A stretch of DNA of 64,000 bases from Vicugna vicugna (lineage: Eukaryota), in NCBI GenBank assembly GCA_013265495.1, contig MU058384.1, forward strand, positions 1,055,690 to 1,119,689. The letters run 5' to 3'. Position numbers and translations under genes: made by a program. Below, piece after piece: positions 13,543-28,626 of this stretch (positions are counted from its first letter, which is position 1; every line of letters begins with the position of its first letter). Below the pieces are notes generated by a model. The model had not been told where the DNA came from. It did no database searches and saw nothing but the letters and a program-made list of their open reading frames with translations.

Positions 13543-16500
13543 TAAATCTTTAAAGCCTTTAGGACAACATGTCCATATGGTTATCAATTACTGAACCCTT
13601 TAGTGTTTATGAAAAAAAAAATGCTTCTCTCACAATCCAAATACTTTAACCGTAAATTAAGCAGAATCCAGGAATAAAGCTCCTTGTATGTCTAACTTAC
13701 TATGATCATATAGTCACTAACTTAAAGATTAATGGTTAAGCCACAGACAGAAAATTTGAGTGAACAGTATATCCTGAAATCCCACTGATTGGTTTGGAAA
13801 ACCAGATTATATCTTTACATTTATTAGCACATGATTATAAAAGTGAATGAGGCACACAAAGCATTCATATACCTTATCCATGCTCCATGTTGATGGGATA
13901 CATAATCACTCCGTATAAAAGAAACAAAATATTTTGTAAAAGGCTAAATACTTAATTTCTGCAGTTCCTTCTAAAGAAAAATAATTCCTAGCAGTAAGTA
14001 TTTGTATACATTGCTTAGTTACAGGGTAATCTTCAACTGAGCAAAAATATAAGCTCTTGGAAAATGATTAAATGCAAAGGAACATAACAACAAAGGAAGG
14101 AGGAATCCGAAAAGAGAAAGAAATGATAGAATTTAACTTAATCTTTTCTTTCAAAGACTATCAAATAGATATTCCTGAAATTCTCTAATCCACCATGGTA
14201 GATAATTCAGAATCCAAAATACGATATGGTTCACAGTAAGTCTTAGGAAAATTCTACTTCAATTGTTCAACATCATTTTGTAAAACAAAACTAAAGCCAC
14301 CATACCTCTCAAAACAAAAACAAAACCTAATTTGATGTAACTCAGTAGAAACATAGCTCTAAATAACTTTTTTAAAGGTACATCCTAAAACACAAGAAGC
14401 ATTTCATTTCTCTCAAAGCCTTCCTCAACAGCTTTGGCTCGACAGTCCTGAACCTTTTGATTCCTACAAGCAGCTCTAATTTTACCTCCAAAAGCAGATC
14501 AAACAAGTCTCTATTTTCTAACTTTCTTTCTCTCACTGATGAATGCTTTGAAATAAAGATTTGGGATCATGCTTTCAATTTCTATTATTTCCAACTTTTA
14601 AGATGTGATCTCATTTTATGTAGTATGAGTCAAAAGACATTATTTATCAGGACCAAATGTTTCTCTTTCTCTATACTTGCTTTTACTTCATGAGTAATCC
14701 ACGGGGAGAAAAGCTTTCAAGTTCACTATAAGTCAATGATATTATGTAAAAAAAAAAGTTTTTCGAAACAAGAAAGGGATGTTTTTCTGAACATGAAAAA
14801 ATAAAGCAAGGAATAGACGGTTCACTAATGACCATGTTGTGAAGAACAGGAGAAGGCATGTCTATCAAGAATATCATCATTCATTTTAAGATTCCAGTCC
14901 CTCATCGCTTCATCTCTCTTCTTTAACTACCTGACACCTTCTCCTCTCTTGTTCGTCCCTGCATACCCCATGTCAGCCAAGGCTCTAGCAAACACCAAGA
15001 GCTCCTCATCCCTATCTGTACCCCAACTGAACAAACACATCCATCAGCCTTCTCCCCACTTTAACATCTTCCCAGAACTTTTCTCTATTCCTTTTCTCCT
15101 ATGGAGCAATTTTTGTTTTCTCTTATCCAATTTAGTGGACAGCAAACCTATCTTCAGAAGGGAAATATATAAGTGACAGTAACTATTGTTTTTCTGGGAC
15201 ATTGTAGACACCAACAGTGTCTTCTCATTTTAGTGAATAAAGTTTTACTACCAGGAAATTTAATCTCACTGAGAAGCAAGTGGTTAAATATACTATATGA
15301 CCTTCCTCTCCAGATCAAGCAGGAACAACTCCTCTTCCCACAGAGTTATGTCTGAGCATTACCAAACCTATGCCTCAGAAAAGCCCACCAGGCCGGCAGT
15401 TTCTCAACATGAGTTTCCATTTGAAATTCACAGTGTAAGTCTGCTCTTTCCTCTATGTGTGACAAACACTACCCTTGAAGCTGTTTGAGAAGACACTGTG
15501 GACAATACCCTTGTCCACAGTGGCCACTGTGAAAACACCAAACTCCATGCCAGCCAAGACTGCTCTCTATGAATACTCTTAAAACCAGCAGCAGTCAGAT
15601 GTCAGCACAGCATCTGTCTCCACACAGACCACTGTGGAATTTAGAAGAGCCAACAGGATCTTAGATTTATTTTTCAGAAAACACATACTTCATAATTTCA
15701 TTTGGTTTTATCATAGCTCTCTAAGACTATAGACAGGTTGAAGAAATGTAGAAATTGTGTGTATTTCAGCTAATAAGTCAGGGCATTTTCCATGTTTTCC
15801 ATTTCCAATGTTTGTTTTGTTTTTTACCTTTGTGTAAACTAAAATTTATTGAGCAATTAAATAATTCTTTTTAAAACTTACATTTTAGCAAAGTTGTCTA
15901 CAGAAGAATTAATGGACATCAGTCACTTAGAATAATATGAAATGATCACATTAATATAAATTTTAAATTCTCAGGAAAAAATTCTGATGCCAATAATTGA
16001 TATGATTTTTGCCTGTGTAACATTTCTTTTGACCTGCCAATATGCCAAAACTTTTAAAAGTAAATTTCTAAAATTACTATAATTTTCTCTTATAGTTCAA
16101 GTAGGTGAATCATTTTAAATGTGTAAAAACTATTTGAATACTTTATTAAATTAAATAATTATAGCAAATTTAATTATTGCAAATTATTTAAAGTGAATAT
16201 AAATGGTACTTTTCTATTGTAAAATACACAAAAAACTCAAGAAAATTAAAAAAAAGAAAAATTGAATCTCAAAGTGTTTTTGCTACCCAGTTACAAAATG
16301 TGAGCTAATTTTCTATTAAGTACTTTTATACTGGAGTAAAGAATATATAAACATTTATTCTAACTCACAAGATCTAAGAGATATGAAACCTTAGGAGACC
16401 ACTGCTGAAACAAACTTACAGAAAAGACATTAAAGTACAGAGAGAATCCTTGTTTAATATAACATTTTGTTAAACTGTGATTTACAGGAGGAGTAGAAAA

Positions 16501-19494
16501 TTAGATTTACTTCCAGATTATATGAATTGGAAAATTATGACTTCCTATTTCACTATTTATGACATATTAAAATTGGTTGTCTAAAATTATGAGAAATTGA
16601 AAAGGAAAGATACCTTTTTCTCCTGGGGGTGACACGGAGGTATCAGAAAAAAGGGGGGAAAGGAAGAACAAAAGGAGCCCTGTTTATTATAAATGACTGG
16701 GTAGGCAGTTGCATTTCTGTAGCAATGGACAAGAAGTATTACCTGCCCAAAAATATGTCTCCTATTGGCTTGTCAAATGGTCTAAAAATTTCACTATTAA
16801 AAATGTATGTTCCTGGGTCTTAAAGATCTTAAATAGATTTTCCTATTCAACAGAAACACTGTAATAATTTGGCTTTTATTAGTCATTTTCTGATGGCTCA
16901 GATTATTTAGTAAGGATCCAGTCAAGTGACAATGGACATAGTATACCAGTCAGGAAGGCTGTCCTGACATGGTTTATTGCTTCAAGTTCTTCCTCTGAGC
17001 TCACTCAATCAAGGTATTAATACTACAGAATGTGTACAGTGTGAAAGTCAGCATGCTAATACTTAGCAAAAGGAAGAAAAGCACAAGCACATAGCATGTC
17101 TTCTCAAGAAATTTACTTTCCTTTTGGGAAAATAAGACTCATACATTTAGAGAAAAAAAAACTTGGGTGATTTAGGTATTAACTGCTGAATTACACTGGT
17201 GTGCATGGACAGTAATGTCTTATAAGAATTAAAGGCACCTTTTATTTGCATTCAGCTGGACACTTTATCCAAAAAGAGAAAAACAAGAGTGATTCAATGT
17301 GAGTTCAATTAATTTAAATTGTAGTATATTTAGTATGATCTAGAAAACTTTATATAGATGTCATGACATACATTTGAATTTAGTCTAGACATCTAGACAT
17401 ACATGTAGAGAACAAGTACGTCTATGATAATGCCTACATAGACAAGTTATCTCAAGGTCAGAAAGGCCCTGCTGAAACCATCATGGTGCCTAGACTCACC
17501 TTCCTGGTTTGGACTCAGAATGAAATGACCTCCTATGCCCTCTTCCTCAGAGAAATGTAATTCTTGAGAGAAAAGGTGAGTATTACGTTTCTCAGGCTTT
17601 TTAGCAGGTTCTTTGTCTTTCTATTATGGATGCTACTTTAATTCTAACACACTTCCTAAATGAGATCTGCTTATAGGTACCAACTGATAAATGTTATTAC
17701 TATTGTTATCTTTAAATGCCTGGGTTTGGTGTGCTGTTGAAACTGAGAAAATAGTTGATTGTATATCAAAACAATAAAAGATGAACTGGCTCCTAGGTAG
17801 CTCAAAATTGTACTGGCACCTTCCTTCCTATTTTGGCATCTCACAATAGGTATAAATCCCTGCTGTCTAGTTTAATCAAATCCCATTCAAATATACGTTG
17901 TGCAGTTTGAGAGATATGATATATCTTACAAAATTGAAAGAGCTCAGTTCTAATTTGATCACTTTAAGTGGAAAATCAGTAATCACAAAAGCAAAGCAAA
18001 ATTAAACTGATCAATAGGAGGTGTTTTCGATGTGGACAAAATGATCACTGGTCAAAATAACTGATTTCCAAAGCCACGTTAAGCCAAAAGCCTGACAAGC
18101 TATTCTTGTTTTGCTTTTTAAATTATTTCTTCAGCTATCTTCTCCCTCTAGTCTCTCTATCTTTATCTTTCTAGTTTAAAATATTAAGAGTTTGGTGCAA
18201 ACAAAGTTCTAACTTGGTTATCCTGGCACTTCATCCCCAGTACTAGAATGTTAGGCCTGCCATTGGCATTATGAACTTCAAGGCTAAAGGACATGGTAGG
18301 GACCAATTCTTGGTAGAAATGTATCATCTAGGGATAAATAAGGATCTGGCATTTTGTTCTATGAAATATGGCCAAAACAAGCTAGATCTTGTGAGTTCAC
18401 AAGGAGCACTGACACACAGTGGATACATCACCATATTTCATATAATATGGAGGAAAAAAAGGGAGTTGTGCCCTAAATTCACACTTCTGAAAATGCTAGT
18501 GTTTATAAACAGTTATTGTATGAAACTCTCTTCTGTTTTCAACATGGCAACAATACTCAATGAAAGTGTTATTTTAAACCTATCTAATTTTTATTACAAG
18601 TTTTATATCAAGAAATAACTAGAGTATACTATAAAAAATCATGCCATAAGAGAAAAGTGAGAGAGAAAAGAACAGATATATTTCAAAAAATTTAAAATCT
18701 CCATGTAGTATTAATATCCTGCCAAGACTGAAAACTGGACTAGAGGCTTAGGTGGTTAAAAAGACATAGATAGTAGTGGAGAGAGAGAAGAAAATAAAGA
18801 TTTTGTTTTGTTTTGTTTTTTTCCCTTGATGATATTATTTTTCCTTATACTAAACAGCAGAGGTTCTTGAGCATGATTTTAGCCCAAAAGGAAAAAAAGA
18901 AGGTTAAAGATGATACAAAGAAGGTACCACTGATGGAGTGATGTACCTGGGAAAATAAGCATCAATTGGAAATCCATTGGAATGATTGGTCTTGGGCAGG
19001 AGAATGAACACTCTTCTGTGCCAGGAGGGAATAAACAGTGTGGACAGAAAAGTATGAATGGAGAAAAGCCATGAATTTGGAAAGTTTCAGCGTAACAGGC
19101 TCATTTTATTAAGCAATCAGAGGCAAAATCAAGTGGTAAGAGAATAGAGGTAGAAATCATTTTAGAAGCCTTTAGATGAGCAGTGAAAATATAAAATAGC
19201 TATTGAAAGGAATGAGAGTGGAATATGAATAAAATATTTTAAAATCTTACAAAATAAGCCATATTGATATTTCAAAGGAAAAGATAATAAATGCAAAGAA
19301 ATTTATACTTACATAAGTAATATAATCAGTGTTAATGACTGAGTAAATACTTAGGTACTGAAACTTCCTGCATAATAGGAGATGATGGAAAAACAAATGA
19401 TAAAGCTATTTAAAGAAAAAATATTCTCAAAATTTAAACCAGGTATAATTGCATTTTGTCTTTTTAAAGTTACTGTGTAACAAGAAGAAGAGAA

Positions 19495-19700
19495 TTTGTA
19501 TGGTGGAAAAAACACAGAATTTGGACAGAGAACACCTGGGCTCTTCACGTATTTTCTTTTTTCATAGTTTTATAGTCTTGAGCTAGCTTCTTAACCTTCA
19601 GGGTCTTCAGGTTCTTAAGTTGTAAAATAAGAAAACGTCTACTATTCAGCCACTACGTGAGGTTATGATGAATGCTGCAGTGTACCCTAGTGCTTCACAA
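19495..19700 (+). mobile_element. MIR SINE
   Basis: MIR core-like cttgagctagcttcttaaccttc...ttcttaagttgtaaaataaga. Confidence 0.6.
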
Positions 19701-20089
19701 AAACTGAGAGTAAAATTTCTTGCAGGCTCATTCTAGCATTATAGCTAATTGGATATTGACCTGTGTACTCTGCTCTTTACAGTTTGAAAAGCCTGCTTAA
19801 AAGACATTCAAATACATTTTATAACATGTGATTTTTTTCGATATTAATCAATCAAAATGCATACAGTATAAAATTCCAAAGTTATAGTCTTAGCATTAAT
19901 GTTCTCCATGAGTTACTTTTGTGTTAAAAACTGTGTTAAAATTTATCTGTATCAAACTGTCTATGAGAAACATTATCCCTGACCAGAGAACAACAAAACT
20001 TTGAAAAATCTCTCTCCCTCCTTTTCCGTTTTAGGGTACCAAATGGAGGTCAAGTCTTTATTTCAGTCATGTGATAGGGATGCAGACAA

Positions 20090-20990
20090 TTGGTTTTCAT
20101 TAAGGTATAATTTACATACACTAAAAATTACCCTTTTTACAGAGCAGTTCTACATGTTTTGACAAATAAGATACAGAATAGTTCCATTACTCCAAAACAT
20201 CCCCTCGGCCTCTTTGAAGTCAACCCTCCTCCCTCATTCCACAGTATCTACAACCACTGATCTATTTCTGTTTCTATAATCTGCCTTTGCAAGAATGTCA
20301 TAAAAACAGAATCAGTCATATATAGTATTTTGAGTCTGGCTTCTTTCACTTTGCATAATGCATTTCAAAATTATCCTTATTGTTGGATGTATTCATTGTT
20401 CATTCCTTTTTATTGCTGATTGATATCCCATTGTATGTATTTACTACACATGATGTGTTGATCTATTCTCCAGCTGAGGGGCATCTGGATTGCTTCTGGG
20501 TTTTGGCAATTACAGACAAAGCCTATATGAGTATTTGTATATGGTTTTGTGTGAATATAGATTTCCCTTTTACTTATGTAGTTATTTACTTATTCATTCA
20601 GTCATTCTTGAGGGTTTTTTTAATTTTATTTTATTGAGTTATAGTCAGTTTACAATGTTGTGTCAATTTCCAGTGTAGCACAAAATTTTTCAGTCATACA
20701 TGAACATACATATATTCATTGTCATATTCTTTTTCACTGTGAACTACTTGAGGTTTTTATTTTACTTGGGTAAATACTTAGAAATAGGATTGCCGGCTTC
20801 TATGGTTAAGTGTATGTGTAACTTTGTAAGAAACTGTCAAACTGGTTTTCAAAGTAGCTATACCACTTTATAATCCTATTAATAACATATTAGAGTTTCA
20901 GTTGCTTTGTTCCTCTTTGGCACTTGGTATTGTCAGTTTTCTTTTTTAAAGCCAGTCTTACAGATATGTCTATGTCAGTCACTGTGGTAG
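20090..20990 (-). mobile_element. L1MB/MC-like 3' end, interrupted by a younger L1 tail
   Basis: attaaggtataatttacatac...caaccactgatcta...tctggcttctttcactt...aagaaactgtcaaactggttttcaaagtagc. Confidence 0.85.
20614..20746 (-). mobile_element. Young lineage-specific L1 3' tail (5'-truncated)
   Basis: T-rich tail, then tatagtcagtttacaatgttgtgtcaattt. TSD cttgagggttttt (20607-20619) / cttgaggttttt (20747-20758). Confidence 0.9.
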
Positions 20991-22512
20991 GTTAATTTTT
21001 AAAGCTATTCCTATATGCTCAAACTCACTCAGTTAATGCCTAAAAGTTACCAGGAATATTCAAAGAGGTGAATATATCCAGGGGAAGATGAAATGTTGAC
21101 AGCTCCTCTTGAAACATGACTTGATTGTCTTTCACATCCTATTTTTTTGTGGTTTGTCCCACAGTGTTTAAGGTACCACTTATGTCAAAGGACTTAAGTT
21201 GTCATATCTGAAGCAGAGGTTTTGTTCCTCTTTAGATCTGGTTAGAGAAGCAGTGGTTTCATATAAAATACCATGTAATAAAAACATGTAATGAATCATA
21301 GAAATTAAGAAACTTTTATAACCAAAATTCAGTATGCTCTATAATTTCTGATTATTTTTTATAAAATTCAACAAGCGCTATCACTATCAACTATTGCTGA
21401 ACATAAACATTAATTATCTCTCTTCTATTTCCTTTCCCTAGTGAGATAATCATATAATATTTTTTAGAATATCCTCTTACATAGTAAACACATTCTTTTG
21501 TTTGCCTTACATCTCAACGTGAGACATGCACCTGCAGAACTTTACAAACATCTCCTACACATCTCCTTTGTACTTGCCGATATGAAGAGGGTGTTTCTGT
21601 GGAGTATTAGTCTCCAAAGCCAAGTTGCAATGATTTGCGAGGGTCAAATATGGGAGGACAAAGGGGGAAAATAACAAAGCAATCAGTCCTACGTTAGTCT
21701 CCAAGTGTTACTTCAAGAGTTTGTTGTGGCCTCAAAGGCACACTTAATGCAAATAATTCTTAATCCAAGATCCACATTACTGAATTTCCAGATGTCTTAT
21801 TTTTAATCTCACATCCTTAGATTTCAGAAGGTTTCTAAATTACCTGATGGTGTATGTAAAATTTATTTTTGTGTTTATTGTATGATTTGGGGGGTTTTAT
21901 TTGTTTGTTTGCTCCTTGAGGGAAGATTCTTCACTCTGCTGAAATAAGATAAGAACCACTAGTTTAGAAAGTGTCAAACTACGTTCACATAGTAATTTTC
22001 CAAAGGGTTAGCACTGCATTAACAGACATCCAGGGTGTGGCAAGAGCAGTATGCACAGGAGAGTCAGCACAGTGGTCCTGTAGCCAGTCATCCAGAGTAT
22101 AAATATTCTCTCACATCTGAGTGGCAGAGAAAAGGAATGCAGTGGTGGTAGGCACCGTCCCTATTTCTCTCTCACACATATACACACACATACACACATA
22201 CAGTCATTTTAGAAATTCTTCCTTTCCTTTTTTTATTGTAACTCTAACAGCCATTAAAACATAAAACAAAGAAGTATAGCTAATAGCCAATAGAGATGTT
22301 TCTCAGCCCCTTCATTTTACTTTCCAAGTTCCTTGTACCTGGAATGAATGTTCCTGCTGCTTTTTCTTTTTCCCACTACTTCTGTACCTCTAATCTTACT
22401 TTGGAATTTCCAGTCACTACATCATATATACAATATTTCATGTATCATGTCCTCAACACTCATTTATGTGGCCCACCATACTTTGGGCACACAGCTATCT
22501 TAGTGAGTACAA

Positions 22513-22513
<1 letters not shown>

Positions 22514-22579
<66 letters not shown>
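22514..22579. repeat. (ATT)22 perfect microsatellite
   Basis: Directly visible. Confidence 0.97.
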
Positions 22580-23039
22580 TTGAAGAGCCAGACACTAAAT
22601 TAGGTACTGCAGTTGTGTTAGTGAATGAGTTAGAAAGAATTTCTGACCTCACTAACCTTATATTCTATGGATAAAAACAAATATCAAATGTGCGATGATA
22701 ATACCCAAAGTGAATTACAATAAAATTAGTCCTTATTCTTCTTTGTTTCCTTATTTCCTAGTCCATTTGAGTCACAGAAAGTACTCAGTAGATAATTATT
22801 GACTGAATAAAGGAGCAGGGTCAGGACTTAAATGCCATTCTCTGATAAGGCCTTTCTTCTCTGATTTCTCCAGGAAATATGAGCTTCCATAGCTCTTTGT
22901 TTATGTCATTTCTTAACAGCCCTTGTCATCACACTGAGGATAATTTATCTGCTTAAATAACCATCATCTACTTGAAGGCAAGTTCTATACATTTTCTATG
23001 CATAATTTAAGTATCTCCAAATTAATAAACATTTTGAAG

Positions 23040-23480
23040 CCACTATTTCTTTATTATTGTTCTGAATGGCTTTGACTGATTTTTCGAATAGACAACTACC
23101 CTTGTGTTACTGAAATACATTCCACTTGTTCATGATGCATTATGCTTTCTATATATTGTTAGAAATTTTCTTCTCTATTTTACATGGTAAAAAAGAGTTT
23201 TTGTAAAATTGGTGGTACTTCTCAAATATTTGGAAGAATTCACTGGAGAAGGCATTTAGGCCTGGAATTTTCTTTTGCATGAATGTTTTTAATAAGACTT
23301 TCAACTTCTTTAATGTGAGACTAATATTTATTGTTATATCAATTTTGGAAAATTTTGAAATTGTTTTTGAAGAATCTGTCCATTTTATTTAAATTATGAA
23401 ATTTATTGGCATAAACTGGTTCATATTACCTCCCAAGTGGCATTTTAATTATTACTGAAACTGCATTGATGTTACATTTT
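23040..23480 (-). mobile_element. Ancient L1M ORF2 fragment
   Basis: tttggaagaattcactggagaaggcatttaggcctggaattttc and ctgtccattttatttaaattatgaaatttattggcataaa are antisense ORF2 motifs. Confidence 0.7.
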
Positions 23481-26043
23481 TATTTCTTTTCTATTGAGGT
23501 ACAATTGACATATAATATTATATTATATTCCATTCCATTATATTATAATGCACATTGTGATACCCAGTCATTACTTCAAATACTTCTCATCATTAATGGT
23601 CTTCAAAATTACTTTTGAAAAGAATCAAACTAAATCAGGATAAAAGGCTGCTTTACATCTTTGACAATACAGCTGAGTAACATCTGCCTGGGATACTGCC
23701 TGGTGGAAGCTTAGAAATAGTTCAATTTTCCCCGAATTTTACTTCCATGCTAAGGAATGAGGGCCCAATAAATAACACACTCTGTTTTTTCAGTCTGAGC
23801 TCTAAACCACTTGTGAAATAAGAAAAAGAAGAAAATAGCATTTATTACTCATGAAGGCTAGGCTGTAGGGTATAACAAAGACGTATGGTGCACAATGGTC
23901 TTCCTGATACCAAGTGGCATAATTTGATAGCCATTTTCCTTCACTGTACTCCCAGTCATAGCTAATGCTGCAAAATTCACCCCAAATCTTTTTGTTGATA
24001 AGACTTATTAAAATTATGGCCTGGTGGAGCAGCACAGAAGCTATGTTCCTTGAACTGAAGGGAGGGAGAGAAAGATGGACCTATCTGTGCAAAGTTTATC
24101 TCCCAAACTCATCATTAGAGTAAGTCATTCTTACCCCACTAACCCCTTACTTCCCCAGAAGAAGCCAGGGCTGCTACAAAAATGTAGATCCTTCTATATG
24201 AAAGGAAAAATCAAGTGTGACAAATAAGTATTGTCCTCTAACAGGAAAGGGTCTTATAAGCTCTTACAGTATTTGTTAATCCTAAACCATGAAGGGATGG
24301 GGTTCCTAACAGATCTGTTAATTTTTGCTCCGTCTCCTCCCAGCATGTTATTTAACAAATATTTGTGGACACAGGAAGAGGGTGGAAGCGACTCTGACCC
24401 CAGAGCAGCTGAGTTAGCTACAATCACCAAGTGTAACCACCTCTCCTGGGATTTGCATGATCTGAGAGCGCAGCTGCTATATTATTCTACCAATGGTGTA
24501 AGAACATGGGTTTAAGGGAAAATGAAGAAGGTTTTTCTCTTCTAATCCCCTAAGGAGAACTCATAGTTAGCATCTTCCTAAGCCTGAAGTGAGGAAGAGA
24601 CGGATTATGTACTTCAAACTGAATTAAAAATAGTAGATTCTAGATACTCCTATAAACATTTTTCTAATATTTGAAAAGATCTCCCATTTTCCTTCCTACT
24701 GTTTGACCTAAGCATTGCTTTTTATATTTGAAACTATTACTTTTATCTTCTGCCTTGGTAAATACAGTGAGCAATTTTTTTGTTTTTCTTATAATCGAAA
24801 AAAAAAAAGTTTTACAGGGTTGTGGATTGCCATCATGCATTCCTGCAGACATATCTTTCCTATGCTCATATCATTCCTATGTGGTATTCCTGCCTATTCT
24901 AAGAGGTCATATAAACTTTACTAAGAATGTTTGGTGAAATACTATATTTAGAAATACAGCATTTATTTGTCTAGGCTCCACATGGCTGTTTGATCGTTGC
25001 TGTAGTTTAGAGTCACATGTGAGTAGGTTTCTATCATGCCATGGAGATGCTGCACAGAGTAAAAGGAGTGATGGAGACAAGCTAGATTCAAGAATGAGAG
25101 TGAGGATCCCAGAAACCAAGAGAGACCTCTCCAAATTATTTTTGGTTTCTATTTTATCAAACCTGTAGGGTTATTTTAAATGAACACCTCAGCACCATTG
25201 CCCTAAGGAATACAAAGGCTAAAATAGAAGATAAATATCAAATAGAAGGTGACAGATTGCAGTAAAGGTCTTAACCAAGATTTGTATAAAGAAGGCTGTG
25301 CCAGAACAAGCAATCATCTCCCTAAGCAAAACCAGACATCCATTCAGGAATTGTCTTAGTCTATTCCCTGAAGATCTTATCAGTGAGCTCAGGGTCCAGC
25401 TACCATACCCGCCATTCCCAGGAAAACATTAGCTTCGTTCTGCCTCATGGACCCTGAACAAATTAAGCATGGATCTCTAAGATTCTTAGTCTGACAAATG
25501 TTTCTAATCCTAGAGGGCCTAGCAAAAGGATGAAATTCTGAAAATGTGCTAAGCTAAAATAATCAGTATTTTTTTTTTTATATTTCAGAGGAAGAAGAGC
25601 AACTTGGGCCTAAACATATTTAATCTTAAGGGGTAAAAATAAAATATAGTATAGGTAAAAATTCCAACTTTTTAATTGATCCCAAAGAATCCTTCATGTA
25701 TAAATTATTTTGTTAAGGCTATATATAATAACTCCTATATAATAGTCTCATAAATCAAAATACAAAGTAATATATGAAGACTCTTTCCTACTCACACTTT
25801 TGGGAAACAGGAAACCAATATCTTATATAATAGAAAGTTATAATTACCTAATTGATTTTATTAGAATATCAAGTTAGCCGAAAAATCAGGGAAGAGCTTA
25901 GTTAGTTTGAGTAGCATAAAAACAGACTATCAGAAAGACACTTACCAAATTGAGAAACGGCTACCTCAACAAGGAGATGAGCTGAAATACGGATAGTCTA
26001 ACACTTTTCAAAACTCAGATAACGTTTGAAGCACCTGTGTCCC

Positions 26044-26234
26044 CAGTGCTGTGATGGAGCTGACATGTGGGTGTCAATTGTTAAGTGTTCAGAATTGTGC
26101 AAGGCCTACTGATGTCACTTGGATAGCTAAGTAAGCCAAGATTATCTACGTCTTGGAAAAAAGAATGCTACAAATCGGAGCCTTTTTTTTTCTTTAATAG
26201 AACTGGTTGTTAAATATTTACCAGCATAACAATG
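26044..26234 (+). mobile_element. hAT-Tip100 MITE (ORSL-like)
   Basis: Termini cagtgctgtgatgg / ccagcataacaatg form decayed TIRs. The internal ggttgttaaatatttaccagca resembles ORSL. Confidence 0.6.
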
Positions 26235-27489
26235 GGACCACCCTGCACTAAGACGATTAATTATTATTTTGAGAAAGAGATAACATAATCTCTACAATAG
26301 AACAACCACACTAAATAGCTAACATGTGTTTTAGTTAGCCAACAAAAGAAGTATTTGGTTCTATCTCAATACCAGCACTAAAATTGGCCCCATTTAACCC
26401 ATGAGCAGTAGTAAATCATGTAAGAATATAAGTAGAAAACTAGCTAAATGTGTCAGAAAATAGTTGACTGGAGCTAAAGTAGGAAGAATGGTACCCAGTG
26501 GGAGTATAAATAACATAGTGTGGAAATGTTACAAGACTTTACTTGTGCCCCTCCCTCAGGGGTGATGAAAATGTGAAAAACAAATACACCTGCAGGTGAA
26601 ACTATTTGATTTTACTGCTGTTAGAAATTAAATAATGCTGAAACCAAAAGATTGCTTTATCTGGATTTTATCTTATATGTGATAGAAACAAAAGATGCTT
26701 TGTAAAGTAAAAATAGCACAAAGCTATTAATTTATAAGGATAGTGGCACAGAACAAATATGTCAGTGTTGACTCTCTTGGAACAAATCACTTTCGTATGA
26801 TGTAATAAAAATTATGCAGGAATATTTCACATCCTGAAAGAAACTGAGAAAATTCTAGAAGAACTTGCAACCTGAACAGAATACATATACTATTAAATAA
26901 TGACTAAAAAAACAAAATGTTATGATTTTACTAACCTCAACCTAACTGCTACATAAAAGTTAAACAAAGGTTATTAACAAGGAGAGATACATCTTTTGAA
27001 ATGAGAAAATATTAGAAATGAGTGCTTTTTGATTCTCCTTTAAAAGTTGTGATCTTGGGGACAAACCCATCTATTAACAGATTGAAATTTACCTCCAAAC
27101 AAAAAGAAAGAAAATTATTGCAGGAGCAACATACACTTTGAATTAGTTGGTAACAGATCCACTGTCAGATACCTAAGTAACACACCTCGTTAACTATTAA
27201 TTAATTAGACTCTATGCCTAGTATATTTTACTAGAGACCATTAGATTAGCATTTATTTTGGTAACTTAATGAATTTAGCTTATTATGATGATAATAAAAT
27301 GAAATAAAACTTCAAAAATGAATTAAGCAATAGGAAAGAACGTGAAAATGATATGAACTCTCTTCATTTTGAGATCATAGTGACCATGTTTATATGAAGT
27401 GTTTTTCATGCACATGTTCCTATACATGTACTTTCACATAAATTATTATATGTAATTTTTCTATGTGGGAATTTAATTGTACATAATTT

Positions 27490-28075
27490 AAAAAATTAAC
27501 TGAAGTCCATCATTCACAAGATAATTCAATTTCTGTGCTATACAGTTTTTGTGCTATACCTTTTGACAAATGTATGTCATATATCCACCATTAGAGTATC
27601 ACACAGAACACTCGCCAGGCTGAAAGTCCCCTGTGTTCCACATGTTCATCCTCACTTCCTCCCCTGAGCCTGGAGCAACCCATGAACTTTTTAATGTTTC
27701 TACAGTTTTGCCTTTTCCAGAACGCCATATAATTGGAATCACATGGTAGGTGATGTTTCAGACTTGCTTCTTTCACTTAAGAATGTGCATTTAAGGTTCC
27801 TTCTATCTTTTCATGGTTTAGTAGCTCATTTGTTTTTATCACTGAATAATATTACCTTGTACAGTTTAACCACATTTTGTTTATCCATTCACCTATTGAG
27901 GGACATTATTGTTGCTTCTTGATTTTGGCAGTTATGAACAAAACTATCATAAACATCTGTGTGGGCATAACTGAACTCATTTTGATAAATATTTATGAGT
28001 GCAACAGCTAGGTAGTATGGTAAGACTATGTATAACTTTGCAAGAAACTACCAGATTGTCTTCCAGTGAGTTGTG
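27490..28075 (-). mobile_element. L1MC-like 3' end
   Basis: ttttgccttttccagaacgccatataattggaatcac...cttctttcacttaag...atccattcacctattgagggacat. The track ORF at 27591-27776 is from this element. Confidence 0.85.
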
Positions 28076-28079
28076 CCTT

Positions 28080-28626
28080 TGAATGAATTGTTCCATTTCA
28101 CATAGGTTATCAAATTTGTGGGCATAGAGCTGCTCATAATATTCTTTCATTATCCTTTTAATGGCTGCAGTATCAGTAGCAATGGCCCTATTTCCATTTC
28201 TTGTAACATTGATTCCTTCTTTCTTTTTTTCTTTATTAGACTGGCTAAAGGTTCATCAATTGTATTAAATTTTTAAAATAACCATGTTTTTGGTTTTGTT
28301 AATTTTCTCTAGTAGTGTCCTGTTTTCAATTCCGTTGATTTCTGCCTTAATATTTATTATTACTTTTCTTCTGTTTGCTTTACATATACGTGGCTCATTT
28401 TTCTCTAGTATACCAAGACGGAGGCTTAGATTATTGACTTTAGTTCTTCCCACTTTTCTAATACAGGCATTCAGTGCTATAAATTTTATCGTAAAGACTG
28501 CTCTTACTGCATCCCACAAATTTTGATAAATTATATTTTTATTTAAATTTCATTCAATATATTTTTAATTTCTCTTGAGACTTCTTCTTTGATCCATGTG
28601 TTATTTGGAGGTATGTTGTTTATCTC
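28080..28626 (-). mobile_element. L1 ORF2 fragment (region after the endonuclease domain)
   Basis: Translation WDAVRAVFTIKFIALNACIRK...IKAEINGIENRTLLEKINKTK matches L1 ORF2p WDAAKAVLRGKFIALNA...IRAEINEIE...KINKTK. Confidence 0.92.

Noticed and set aside
22296..22583. 95-aa ORF with a long poly-Leu tail
   Set aside because: The poly-Leu is the translation of the (ATT)22 microsatellite.
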